From the NCBI GenBank assembly GCA_964016885.1, contig OZ024754.1, positions 16,182,001 to 16,246,000 on the forward strand: a stretch of DNA of 64,000 nucleotides. Direction: 5' to 3'. The stretch is from Eledone cirrhosa. Lineage: Eukaryota. Positions 13,891-27,300 of this stretch are shown piece after piece. The first letter of the stretch is position 1. Each line of letters starts with the position of its first letter. Position numbers and translations under genes: made by a program. The notes under the pieces were generated by a model that worked only from the letters and a program-made list of their open reading frames with translations, was not told the DNA's origin and did no database searches.

Positions 13891-14616
13891 GTATATATAT
13901 GTGTGTATGTGTCTCCATACCTGTATTTATGTCCCATAACCTAGCAGTTTGTCAAAAAAGATTGATAAAATAAGTACCAGAGTATCTGAGTCGATATGAT
14001 CAACTAAATCCCTTTAAGGTGAAACCAGTAAAAGAACAAAAGAATGAATTGAGCAAGAATTAAATTACCTGACTATTGCAAAAGGGCTTGGTTTCTAGCT
14101 GGAAAATAAATAAAAAAGGGACACTAATGTTTTAATTGTATTTTAACCCTTTCATTTCCATTTAGTGAATACATGGTGTTCTTTTATTCTAAACTGTCAA
14201 ATATAATATCTTGATTGTAAGCATTTCATTTTGCACAATAACAACAGGCTGGCTGACGTATAGTCCTGATGGAAACATGTTGATTGTTCCTCAAAGCCAG
14301 TGTTGAACAACCGCATCACAATTTGTCATCGGCATGGCACAGCTTTAAACGGATCATTTGTTTACTAATGAATCAAATATTATTAATGTTCGATATAACC
14401 CATATATACGTATGTGTGTATATATATGTGTGTACGTATGCATACTTATATTTATGTATCAGCTATACTAGGGCGAGAAATAAAATTCTAATTTTATTTT
14501 TAGTTTTCGGCATGGTCAGCTGTAACTCAATCGGTATGCAAATGAGGCTACTCAGCCGATGTATATTTAAGAAAATACTATATATTTTCAACCGTTCAAC
14601 AGATTGGCAGAGGTAT

Positions 14617-14659
14617 ACAGTACTGATGAAGGGTAATGACCCAGAAACATGTTGATTGT
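14617..14659 (+). ncRNA. Degenerate type I hammerhead ribozyme motif (Penelope-like remnant)
   Basis: acagta-CTGATGA-agggt aatg accca-GAAA-catgtt-gattgt; second copy lacking stem II at 14260-14287. Confidence 0.55.
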
Positions 14660-15384
14660 TTCTCAATGCCAGTGTTGAACAAATGCATGACAATTTGTCA
14701 TCAGCACGGCACAGCTTTAATCGGGCAGTGTTGAATATTATTAATGTTCGATATAACCCATACATATATATATGTGTGTGTGTATATATATACACATACA
14801 TATATATATATATATGTGTGTGTGTGTACATATGCATACTTACATTAATAATGACTGTTTCTACTTTTGGCACAAGGCCAGCAATTATCCCATTGAAAAT
14901 TATGGCAACTTGACATTTCCAATTCCCAGTGTTGGTAACAACAAATAAAAATATTCTTTCTCCTTTTGTTTCATCGATCCTCCAACTCTTTTATCATTTA
15001 AAGACAATGTATTGATCCATTTCAGCAGATTTAACAGTTAACTAACAGTTTATTAACCTACTTCTGGGTTTCAGACATTCATTGAGATGAGATGTGGGGA
15101 CTGCATCTTGCTTACATACATTCCCTCACTATACAGGGTACACCAGGTGCATTTTATTGTGGTACCATCACTAGTAAGGTTGTCATGTCTTTGACACAAC
15201 TGAAGAGCTTTCGCGACCCTTTGTTTAGCAAGTTTTCTACAGTTGGATGCCTTTCCTTTCACCAACCATTCTACAGAGTACACCGAGCGCATTTTATCAT
15301 GGTACCAATCCCAGAGGGGGTTATCATGTCTTTCACACAACCAAAGAATTCTCTAAGCATTAACATGTTATCGTAACATTTAGT

Positions 15385-18300
15385 ATCATCATCATCATCA
15401 TCATTTTACGTCCGCTTTTCCCTGCTTGCATGGGTGGGACGGGTCTTATTCAGCACAGCATCTCTCCACTTGTCACGATCTTTCGTCATCTCCACCGTGG
15501 GCTTCAGCGATCTGAGGTCTGTTCTCACCACCTCTGCCCATGTTTTTCGTGGTCTACCTCTACCACATCTTCCTTCAACTGACATTTCCTGGCACTTCTT
15601 CACCCATCTGTCATCCTCCATGCGCATCACATGTCCATACCACCTCAGTCTCCTCTCTCGCACACTATATTCTATCCCTCTCAGACACAGTTTCTCTCTC
15701 AACACATTCATGCTGGGTCATTCACACACATTGACATTGCACATCCAATGGAGCATGCTTGCCTCATTTCTCTCCAGCCGTCGCATATCCTCTGCAGTTG
15801 CTGCCCATGTCTCACTACCATGCAGCATCACGCTCCTCACACAGGCATCATATATAACCGGCCTTTCGTATGCAGGGAGAAACCCTAATTCGTCAGCAGA
15901 GGAAGCAGCTCCCTAAACTTCTTCCAACCCGTCCTTATTCTAGATACTATGGCCTCCGAACACCCTCCTCCCATGCTAATCTGATCTCCTAGGTACCGGA
16001 AGCTATCCACCACTTCTATAGCACCCGCCTGCATTTGAAAAATGTGTCTATCAATGCGACTTCTACTATCTAATTTCCCTGTACATCTACTACATATGTA
16101 TTTCTCCCTACCTGTTAGTTTGCCTGCTATCCCACTACATCTCTTGTGTACCTAGGATCTGCAGAGTGTGCATTTTATAGAATTTATGCCAGTCCCTTTT
16201 CTGCATATCGAACATGGCCATTTCCCTGACGGAATCAGAGTTTTGTCCTCTTTTCTACTCATCAACACTTTTGTCTTAGCTAGGTTCACTCTCAGTCCTC
16301 TTGCTTCCAACTGCTGTTTCCATAGCCAGAATTTATTCTCTAGCTCCTCTACTGATTCTGCTATAAGAACCAGATCGTCAGCATAGAGAAGTTCCCATGG
16401 ACAGCCAGTCTTAAACTCCCCTGTTATGGCTTGGAGGTCTATAATGAACAAGAGCAGGCTGAGGACCAAACCTTGATGTACTCCTACTTGTATCTGGAAT
16501 TCCTCACTAAACTCCATTCCTACCCTCAATTTACTGACAGCACCTCTGTACAAAGTTTGCACTGTCCTCACAAGCCATTCCTTAACACCTAGTTTCCTTA
16601 GGGACCACCAGATGAAAGATCGGAGTACCCTATCAAAGGCCTTCTCTAGGTCAACAAAGGCTAAGTATAGTGGCTTATTTTTCTCTTGTAATTATCGCAC
16701 CAAGAAGAGGGCATCTGTTGTACTCTTCCCAGGTACAAAACCAAACTGCATCTCATCTAGTTTGACCCTTTCTCTAATTAGTTGTGCTAATATCCTTTCT
16801 GCCACTTTCATAACCTGATCCATCAGTTTCATACCCCTATAATTGCTCGTCCCCAGAGCATTCCCTTTACCTTTGTAGCAATTTATGAGAATACTGCTGC
16901 ACCAGTCTTGCGGTATGACACCACCATATATAGCCTGATTGATAATGCGTGCAACCAGTTTAGTGCCTACATCCCCTGATGCCTTCAGCATCTCAGCAAC
17001 TATCCCGACGGTCCACCAGCCTTACCATTTTTAATTTCCTTAATCGCCTCTTGGACCCTATATTCGTCAATCTAAATAGCTGGTCCCTCTGTCGGATCTA
17101 CTGAGGGTAATTTCTCTCTCTCCCATTCGTTCTCCACATTCATCAGTCTCTTATAATGACATTTCCAGGCCTTCTTTTTCTGATCATTCGTGACACTAAG
17201 TACACTGGCATCATTCCGGACACATTTATCTCCAACAACATCCTGATTTGCATTGACACACTGCCTTGCAATGTGGAACACCGCACGCCTCTGATCTTCC
17301 CGTCGCAGAACATTGGCAAACCTCCTACTCTCAGCCTCCCTGCGTGCTAAGTACACCTGACGTCTAGCTTCTCTCTTAGCGGCTGTATATCCTTCCCTAC
17401 TCCCACCCTTTTTCCAAGCCTTCCATGCTAGTCTTTTGTCTCTAATGGTCTTATCTACTGTGCTGTTCCACTACCAGATCACTCTCTGTCTGGTTGGAGC
17501 TCTGCTCCAGCCACAAGTTTCATCAGTAGCCTGCAGTAAGTTGTCACGTAAGAAATTCCAGTTATTATCTATGTCATATGTCTCTAAATCGTCTTCTTTT
17601 TCGTCATACACATCTTGAAGGGCTTTCCTAAATTTGTAATATGCCTGTTCTGCTGCCTAACTAGTAAGAAGTCAATCTGGCTTATGTGCTCGCCAGATTT
17701 GTAGGTTATTAGGTGATTGGCAGGTTTCGGGAAGTTTGTGTTGCAAATAGTCAGTGTAATTGCATCACAAAATTCAAGAAGTCTCACTCCTTCTTCATTT
17801 CTTGAGCCGTAACCGTGCCCACCATGTACCCCAGTGTAACCATCCTGAAGCTATCCAACATGACCATTTAAGTCCCCTGCTAGCATAACAATGTCTCTGT
17901 CCTGTTATTGTGGCTGTTTGTAAAAGTTGCTCGTAAAAGCAGTCTTTCCCATCTTTACCTAGGCCTGCTTGAGAAACATAGGCAGAGATGATTGTCAGTA
18001 GTCTCCTGCCTACAACTAATCTAAGCTTAATTATTCGATCACTAATTCGAACTACCTCTATTGTCTTATTGATCCATCTCTCAGCCAGGAAAATGCCTAC
18101 TTCCCCTAACCCATCATCCTTACCTACCCAGAAAAGCTTATACTAAGATGTTTGCCTACGACTAGTCTCGCAGAGGCACCTCTCCATCTCACCTCTTGCA
18201 TGCAGCTCACATCCACATGCCTTCTCTCCAGTATCTCCGCTATTTCAGCAGATCTACCTCTGAGAGTGCCAACATTAAGTGTTGCAACTCTGAGATGCGA

Positions 18301-18480
18301 TGTCTTCATATTTTGTTGTTCCTATCTTACTTGTTGCTGTGCTGATAAGCGTTTTGGTATTGATACACTGGTCGGATGCCCTTCCTAATACCAGCACCAC
18401 TTTACCGTGCTGGGTGCTTTTATTTGTGCCACCAGCACTAGAGAGGATGGCTTACTAGACTCAAGGGCCCTCTCTACCCC
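15385..18480 (-). mobile_element. Near full-length, frameshifted RTE-clade LINE (AP-endonuclease + RT)
   Basis: ORF pieces: MKTSHLRVATLNVGTLRG...MQEVRW (EN start), SQIDFLL (EN end), QFGF, YADD, CSICRKG, RLRWYGHVMR; (ATG)n tail at 15385-15404; multiple stops and frameshifts. Confidence 0.93.
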
Positions 18481-19294
18481 TCCACTTTAGTATATTCAGT
18501 CAATATTTGAAATCTAACAAGAATTTGCTTGAGTAAAACTTAGTGGCTACCTCTGGTAGATCAAACTCTTTTGTAGGCTATTGATTTTGTTGTTTAGCCC
18601 CAGCTCTGACAAAGTAAGCTGTGAGCATTACTGTTTTCTTCCTTTTATTTCAGACACAGTGTATATATGGCTCAGATCACATCCCATGTGTCTTTTTGTA
18701 AGGATGTCTACCTTCTATTCTGCAACCAGGTATACATGCCCTTCTTGACATGCGTTCTTAGACCATTAGTAGTATTGATGATGATGCAGAAGGTTAGATT
18801 GTGGTGTGGGGGCCAACTTTGCTGACTTTTTTTTAAATTCTTTTTTAATTTTAATTAGAAAAATTATTGACTCACTCCGAGATCTTTTGCTCGTCTTTTT
18901 TCTTGAATAACTTGTCCGATTACATCTTACTGTACGGATACTGTAAGGGACACAAAACAGATTACATAAATAAATAGATTCATTAATACAACAACACATT
19001 ATTTTAGGGGTTAGCTGTTGGCTCCATGACAAACTTCTCCATTTTCCCCCACCTATTGTTTGCCAGCCTTCTTCACCAACACCCTGGCTTTCATTTCCTC
19101 CTCCATCATATTAATTCCAGGATGATAAAATAATACCTCTATCGAGCACCTTTTAGAAGGATGTGATCACTCATATTTTGAAAAATGGAATCAATCGACA
19201 AGATCCGAGACCTCATTCACTTACCGAGTGGAGGGGGGAGGGGGCTTGTGAAATCAGACCAAGGAAATAATGTTTCCATTGCCGATACTATCTA

Positions 19295-19420
19295 CCAGTT
19301 GCAATGTGAAATAAATTGTCTTGCTTAAGGGCATAACACACCACCCAGTCCGGGAATCAAACTCACAACCTCATGATTGTAAATCCAATTCTATAACCAC
19401 TAAACTACGAGCCTTCAGGG
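19295..19420 (-). mobile_element. tRNA-derived SINE fragment (second family)
   Basis: Reverse strand tagtggttataga...gtgagtttgattcccgg...gtgttatgcccttaagcaagaca; related copies at 43040-43170 and 44010-44340. Confidence 0.65.
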
Positions 19421-21340
19421 GATATATAAGAGAAGCATAACAGTTACAAACAGGAATTGGGTAAGAGTTGTAGAGGTTCCATATCATTACTAGTTAACGA
19501 ACCTCAAGTATAACAGTTACGAGGAATTAGAAAAGAGTCATAGAGGTTCTATATCATTACCTATTATGGAACCTCAAGCAGTAAAACAGTTTTTGTAACA
19601 TAGATCAAGGGTTGTGAGTTGTTGATTAGACACCTTAATAATGATGTAAACAACTGGGTTTAGATCAATTAATCAGAAAATTGTCTATGAATTGATGGAA
19701 AGGACAAAACTAAAACGTCCATCTGCAGTAAATGTCAAATGGATAAAAAGTTCAGACTGCAGTGTTGCATTTAACAAGATGAGTAATCCTTGTTTAATGA
19801 TTTTAGTACAGCTCCATTATATCTCTCATTCTCTTATTCTATCTTTATCTCTCTCAGCAACTTTTTACAATATATATGTATGCATGTCTATCATCATCAT
19901 GATCATCATTTAATGTTCGTCTTCGCTGCTAGCAAGGGTTGGACGAGTCTTCACACTGAGTCAGTACTTAATCAGAGCTACAGACCTCTCAGACAGGCAA
20001 GGGGCCTACATCTCGCTTACATGCATTCCCGCACTCTACTGAGTACATTTTATCATAGCGCCAAAACTAGGGAGAATGTCATGTTTTTGACACAGCTGAA
20101 GAGTTTTGCCAACCCTTTGTTTGGCAGGTTTTCTATGACTGGATGCCCTTCCTATCACAAACCACTTTACAAAGTGTACTGGGTGCGTTTAGGGATGTGT
20201 ATGTATATATGTGTGTCTATATCTATATGTAAGTGTGTATGCAGACATATGTGGGACTATAAATGAGAAGAAAATAAGAAGAGACTACTAGACAAAGGAA
20301 GAAAGAAAAGAGGAAGGGGAGACATGCTCTATACCTTGGTCAGGGTAGTGTTTCGGGTGCGCGCAGCAGACAAAATGGGAAAGGCATTTCTGAGGACAAT
20401 GGCCACGACACACACTGCAACAGCCATGCTGCCTTGCATGGTTCCTGCCTCAGATGGGCTGCTATTGATCTGAACAGCGAAGAATATATGTCTAATGTCT
20501 AAACCATCTTTCTCCATTACTATTCAGAAATTCAATTGATTGATATCACAGTTAATAAAATTACTAAAATATATAAATAAATAAATAGATGTTTTCCCAC
20601 TATTCCATGTTAAATTTTCCTTTCTCATTCAATTTATATTTTTGCCTAAGAGGATTTCAGTTAATTAGTCTTATCAAAGTCAATTGTGGAGTTTTCTTTG
20701 CAAATAATAAATAAATTAGCTGCAAGGTTTTAACATATTTGTTCATTGTTGGCTACTTATGTTATCTTCAACCAATAAAACAACACATAAATGGGGCTGA
20801 GGTAGGGAGTGAGTGACGGTGCATGTGCATGCATAAGTTGTTATATAAAAGAATAACAAAATATGAAGAAGGTCAATAATGATAATAGATCAATAATCAA
20901 TCAATCTTCAGCTCATACATGTGATATATGTTTCATTACACTTTCCTTATCAGGTTTATCCCTCAACAGGTGACTTTGTTTTTCTTTTCATAATCAGGAT
21001 CATCCGGCAATGCCTTTAAATGGAGTACCAGGTATGTGACTACAGTGACACTTGTACAAGATCAAACTAAGGACCTAATGACTGCGAAGGTGAACCCCTT
21101 AACTACTTGCCTATGCTGCCTCTACACTATAAGAAATAAATATATTATTTTTTTGTTGCGTGCTTAAATACCTCAATGGTTCCCTCATGATCTAATTGTT
21201 TACTTCATATTGTTGAACATAGACACTAAAATAAAATAAAATCTCTTGACATATTTGAGATTCTTGGCATGTCCTTGCTACTCCTTTCTAGTTTTTGAAA
21301 AAAAAAAACGGATTCTTGTGACTAGATCAATAATATTATA

Positions 21341-24300
21341 TAGTGTCATAACACCGTTGCTACCAGATCAATAACATTATACAGTGTCATAACACCAGTG
21401 TTACCAGATCAATAACACCAGTGTTACTAAATCAATATTATACAGTGTCTTAACACCACTGTTATACAGTATCATAACACCAGTGTTATGTAGTGTCATA
21501 AGACCACTCTCTTATGTAGTGTCATAACACCACTGTTATACAGTATCATAACACCAGTGTTATGTAGTGTCATAAGACCACTCTGTTATGTAGTGTCATA
21601 ACACCACTGTTATACAGTGTCATAATACGGCTGTTATGTAGTGTCATAACACCACTGTTATACAGTGTCATAACACCACTGTTATACAGTGTCATAACAC
21701 CACTGTTATACAGTGTCATAACACCACTGTTATATAGTGTCATAACATCACTGTTATACTGTGTCATAACACCACTGTTATACAGTGTCATAACACCACT
21801 GTTATGTAGTGTCATAACACCACTGTTATACAGTGTCATAACACCACTTTGTTATGTAGTGTCATAACACCACTGTTATACTGTGTCATAACACCACTGT
21901 TATACAGTGTCATAACACCACTGTTATACTGTGTCATAACAGCACTCTGTTATATAGTGTCATAACACCACTGTTATACAGTGTCATAACACCACTGTTA
22001 TGTAGTGTCATAACATCACTGTTATACTGTGTCATAACACCACTTATACAGTGTCATAACACCACTGTTATACTGTGTCATAACAGCACTCTGTTATACA
22101 GTGTCATAACACCACTGTTATACTGTGTCATAACAGAAACTCTGTTATACAGTGTCATAACACCACTGTTATACTGTGTCATAACAGCACTCTGTTATAC
22201 AGTGTCATAACACCACTGTTATACAGTGTCATAACACCACTGTTATACAGTGTCATAACACCACTCTGTTATACAGTGTCAACACCACTGTTATACTGTG
22301 TCATAACACCACTGTTATACAGTGTCATAACACCACTGTTATACAGTGTCATAACACCTCTGTTATACAGTGTCATAACACCTATGTTATACAGTGTCAT
22401 AACACCACTGTTATACAGTGTCATAACACCTGTTATACAGTGTCATAACACCACTGTTATACAGTGTCATAACACCTCTGTTATACAGTGTCATAACACC
22501 TCTGTTATACAGTGTCATAACACCACTGTTATAGTGTCAAAACACCACTGTTATGTAGTGTCATAACACCACTCTGTTATACAGTGTCATAACACCACTG
22601 TTATAGTGTCAAAACACCACTGTTATGTAGTGTCATAACACCACTCTGTTATACAGTGTCATAACACCTCTGTTATACAGTGTCATAACACCTCTGTTAT
22701 ACAGTGTCATAACACCACTGTTATACAGTGTCATAACACCACTGTTATACAGTGTCATAACACCTCTGTTATACAGTGTCATAACACCACTGTTATATAT
22801 TGTCATAACACCACTGTTATACAGTGTCATAACACCACTGTTATACAGTGTCATAACACTACTGTTATAGTGTCAAAACACCACTGTTATACAGTGTCAT
22901 AACACCACTGTTATACAGTGTTATAACACCACTGTTATACAGTGTCATAACACCACTGTTATACAGTGTCATAACATCACTGTTATACAGTGTCATAACA
23001 CCACTCTGTTATACAGTGTCATAACACCACTGTTATACTGTGTCATAACACCACTGTTATACAGTGTTATAACACCACTGTTATACAGTGTCATAACACC
23101 ACTGTTATACAGTGTCATAACATCACTGTTATACAGTGTCATAACACCACTCTGTTATACAGTGTCATAACACCACTGTTATACTGTGTCATAACACCAC
23201 TGTTATACAGTGTCATAACACCACTGTAATACAGTGTCATAACACCACTGTTATACAGTGTCATAACACCACTGTTATACTGTCATAACACCACTGTTAT
23301 ACAGTGTCATAACACCAGTTATGTAGTGTCATAACACCACTCTGTTATACAGTGTCATCACACCACTGTTATACAGTGTCATCACACCACTGTTATGTAG
23401 TGTCATAATACGACTTATGTAGTGTCATAACACCACTGTTATGTAGTGTCATAACACCACTGTTATACAGTGTCATAACACCAGTCTGTTATACAGTGTC
23501 ATAACACCACTGTTATGTAGTGTCATAACACCACTATTATAAAGTGTCATAAAACCACTGTTTTGTAGTGTCATAACACCACTCTGTTATGTAGTGTCAT
23601 AACACCACTGTTATACAGTGTCAACACCACTGTTATGTAGTGTCATAACACCACTGTTATACAGTGTCATACCACCACTGTTATGTAGTGTCAACACCAC
23701 TGTTATACAGTGTCATAACACCACTGTTATGTAGTGTCATAACACCACTGTTATACTGTGTCATAACACCACTGTTATGCAGTGTCATAACACCAATATT
23801 ATGTAATGTCATAACACCACTGTTATGTAGTGTCATAACACCACTGTTATGTAGTGTCATAACACCACTGTTATACAGTGTCATAACACCACTGTTATAG
23901 TGTCATAACACCACTCTGTTATACAGTGTCATAACACCACTGTTATACTGTCATAACACCACTGTTATAGTGTCATAACACCACTGTTATGTAGTGTCAT
24001 AGCACCACTCTGTTATACAGTGTCATAACACCACTTTATACAGTGTCATAACACCACTCTGTTATACAGTGTCATCACACCACTGTTATACAGTGTCATA
24101 ACACCACTGTTATACAGTGTCATAACACCTCTGTTATACAGTGTCATAACACCACTGTTATGTAGTGTCATAACACCACTGTTATGTAGTGTCATAACAC
24201 CAATGTTATACAGTGTCATAACACCAGTTATACAGTGTCATAACACCACTCTGTTATACAGTGTCATCACACCACTGTTATACAGTGTCATAACACCACT

Positions 24301-27300
24301 GTTATACAGTGTCATAACACCACTCTGTTATACAGTGTCATAACACCACTGTTATACAGTGTCATAACACCACTGTTATACAGTGTCATAACACCACTCT
24401 GTTATACAGTGTCATCACACCACTGTTATACAGTGTCATAACGCCACTGTTATACAGTGTCATAACACCACTCTGTTATACAGTGTCATCACACCACTGT
24501 TATGTAGTGTCATAACACCACTGTTATACAGTGTCATAACACCACTGTTATACAGTGTCATAACACCACTCTGTTATACAGTGTCATAACACCACTGTTA
24601 TACAGTGTCATAACACCAGTTATGTTGTGTCATAACACCACTGTTATACTGTGTCATAACACCACTGTTATACTGTGTCATAACACCACTGTTATACAGT
24701 GTCATCACACCACTGTTATGTAGTGTCATAATACGACTTATGTAGTGTCATAACACCACTGTTATGTAGTGTCATAACACCACTGTTATACAGTGTCATA
24801 ACACCACTCTGTTATACAGTGTCATAACCACTGTTATGTAGTGTCATAACACCACTATTATAAAGTGTCATAAAACCACTGTTTTGTAGTGTCATAACAC
24901 CACTCTGTTATGTAGTGTCATAACACCACTGTTATACAGTGTCAACACCACTGTTATGTAGTGTCATAACACCACTGTTATACAGTGTCATAACACCACT
25001 GTTATGTAGTGTCAACACCACTGTTATACAGTGTCATAACACCACTGTTATGTAGTGTCATAACACGACTGTTATACTGTGTCATAACACCACTGTTATA
25101 CTGTGTCATAACAGCACTCTGTTATACAGTGTCATCACACCACTGTTATACAGTGTCATAACACCACTGTTATACAGTGTCATAACACCACTGTTATGTA
25201 GTGTCATAACACCACTGTTATACTGTGTCATAACACCACTGTTATGCAGTGTCATAACACCAATATTATGTAATGTCATAACACCACTGTTATGTAGTGT
25301 CATAACACCACTGTTATGTAGTGTCATAACACCACTGTTATACAGTGTCATAACACCACTGTTATACAGTGTCATAACACCACTCTGTTATACAGTGTCA
25401 TAACACCACTGTTATACTGTGTCATAACACCACTGTTATAGTGTCATAACACCACTGTTATGTAGTGTCATAGCACCACTCTGTTATACAGTGTCATAAC
25501 ACCACTTTATACAGTGTCATAACACCACTCTGTTATACAGTGTCATCACACCACTGTTATACAGTGTCATAACACCACTGTTATACAGTGTCATAACACC
25601 TCTGTTATACAGTGTCATAACACCACTGTTATGTAGTGTCATCACACCACTGTTATACAGTGTCATAACACCACTGTTATAAAGTGTCATAACACCACTG
25701 TTATACAGTGTCATAACACCACTCTGTTATACAGTGTCATAACACCACTGTTATACAGTGTCAAAACACCACTGTTATACAGTGTCATAACACCACTGTT
25801 ATACAGTGTCATAACACCACTGTTATAAAGTGTCATAACACCACTGTTATGTAGTGTCATAACACCACTGTTATACAGTGTCATAACACCACTCTGTTAT
25901 ACAGTGTCATCACACCACTGTTATACCGTGTCATAACACCACTGTTATACAGTGTCATAACACCACTGTTATACAGTGTCATAACACCTCTGTTATACAG
26001 TGTCATAACACCACTGTTATGTAGTGTCATAACACCACTGTTATGTAGTGTCATAACACCACTGTTATACAGTGTCATAACACCACTGTTATACAGTGTC
26101 ATAACACCACTCTGTTATACAGTGTCATCACACCACTGTTATACAGTGTCATAACACCACTGTTATACAGTGTCATAACACCACTCTGTTATACAGTGTC
26201 ATAACACCACTGTTATACAGTGTCATAACACCACTGTTATACAGTGTCATAACACCACTCTGTTATACAGTGTCATCACACCACTGTTATACAGTGTCAT
26301 AACGCCACTGTTATACAGTGTCATAACACCACTCTGTTATACAGTGTCATAACACCACTGTTATACAGTGTCATAACACCACTGTTATGTAGTGTCATAA
26401 CACCACTCTGTTATACAGTGTCATCACACCACTGTTATGTAGTGTCATAACACCACTGTTATACAGTGTCATAACACCACTGTTATACAGTGTCATGACA
26501 CCACTCTGTTATACAGTGTCATAACACCACTGTTATACAGTGTCATAACACCAGTTATGTTGTGTCATAACACCACTGTTATACAGTGTCATAACACCAC
26601 TGTTATACAGTGTCATAACACCACTGTTATACAGTGTCATAACACCACTGTTATACAGTGTCATAACACCTCTGTTATACAGTGTCATAACATCACTGTT
26701 ATGTAGTGTCATAACACCACTGTTATGTAGTGTCATAACACCACTGTTATACAGTGTCATAACACCACTCTGTTATACAGTGTCATCACACCACTGTTAT
26801 ACAGTGTCATAACACCACTGTTATACAGTGTCATAACACCACTGTTATGTAGTGTCATAACACCACTCTGTTATACAGTGTCATCACACCACTGTTATGT
26901 AGTGTCATAACACCACTGTTATACAGTGTCATAACACCACTGTTATACAGTGTCATAACACCACTCTGTTATACAGTGTCATAACACCACTGTTATACAG
27001 TGTCATAACACCAGTTATGTTGTGTCATAACACCACTGTTATACTGTGTCATAACACCACTGTTATACAGTGTCATAACACCACTGTTATACAGTGTCAT
27101 AACACCACTGTTATACAGTGTCATAACACCACTGTTATACAGTGTCATAACACCACTGTTATGTAGTGTCATAACCACTGTTATACAGTGTCATAACCCC
27201 ACTCTGTTATACAGTGTCATAACACCACTGTTATACTGTGTCATAACACCACTGTTATACAGTGTCATAACACCACTGTTATGTAGTGTCATAACCACTG

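Noticed and set aside
19437-19580. Two-copy ~73-bp tandem duplication (similar case at 31988-32115)
   Set aside because: Ordinary local duplication with no functional signature.
20998-21031. Plus-strand 34-nt exon-like segment (cag|...|gtatgt)
   Set aside because: No partner exons or recognisable protein; expected by chance.
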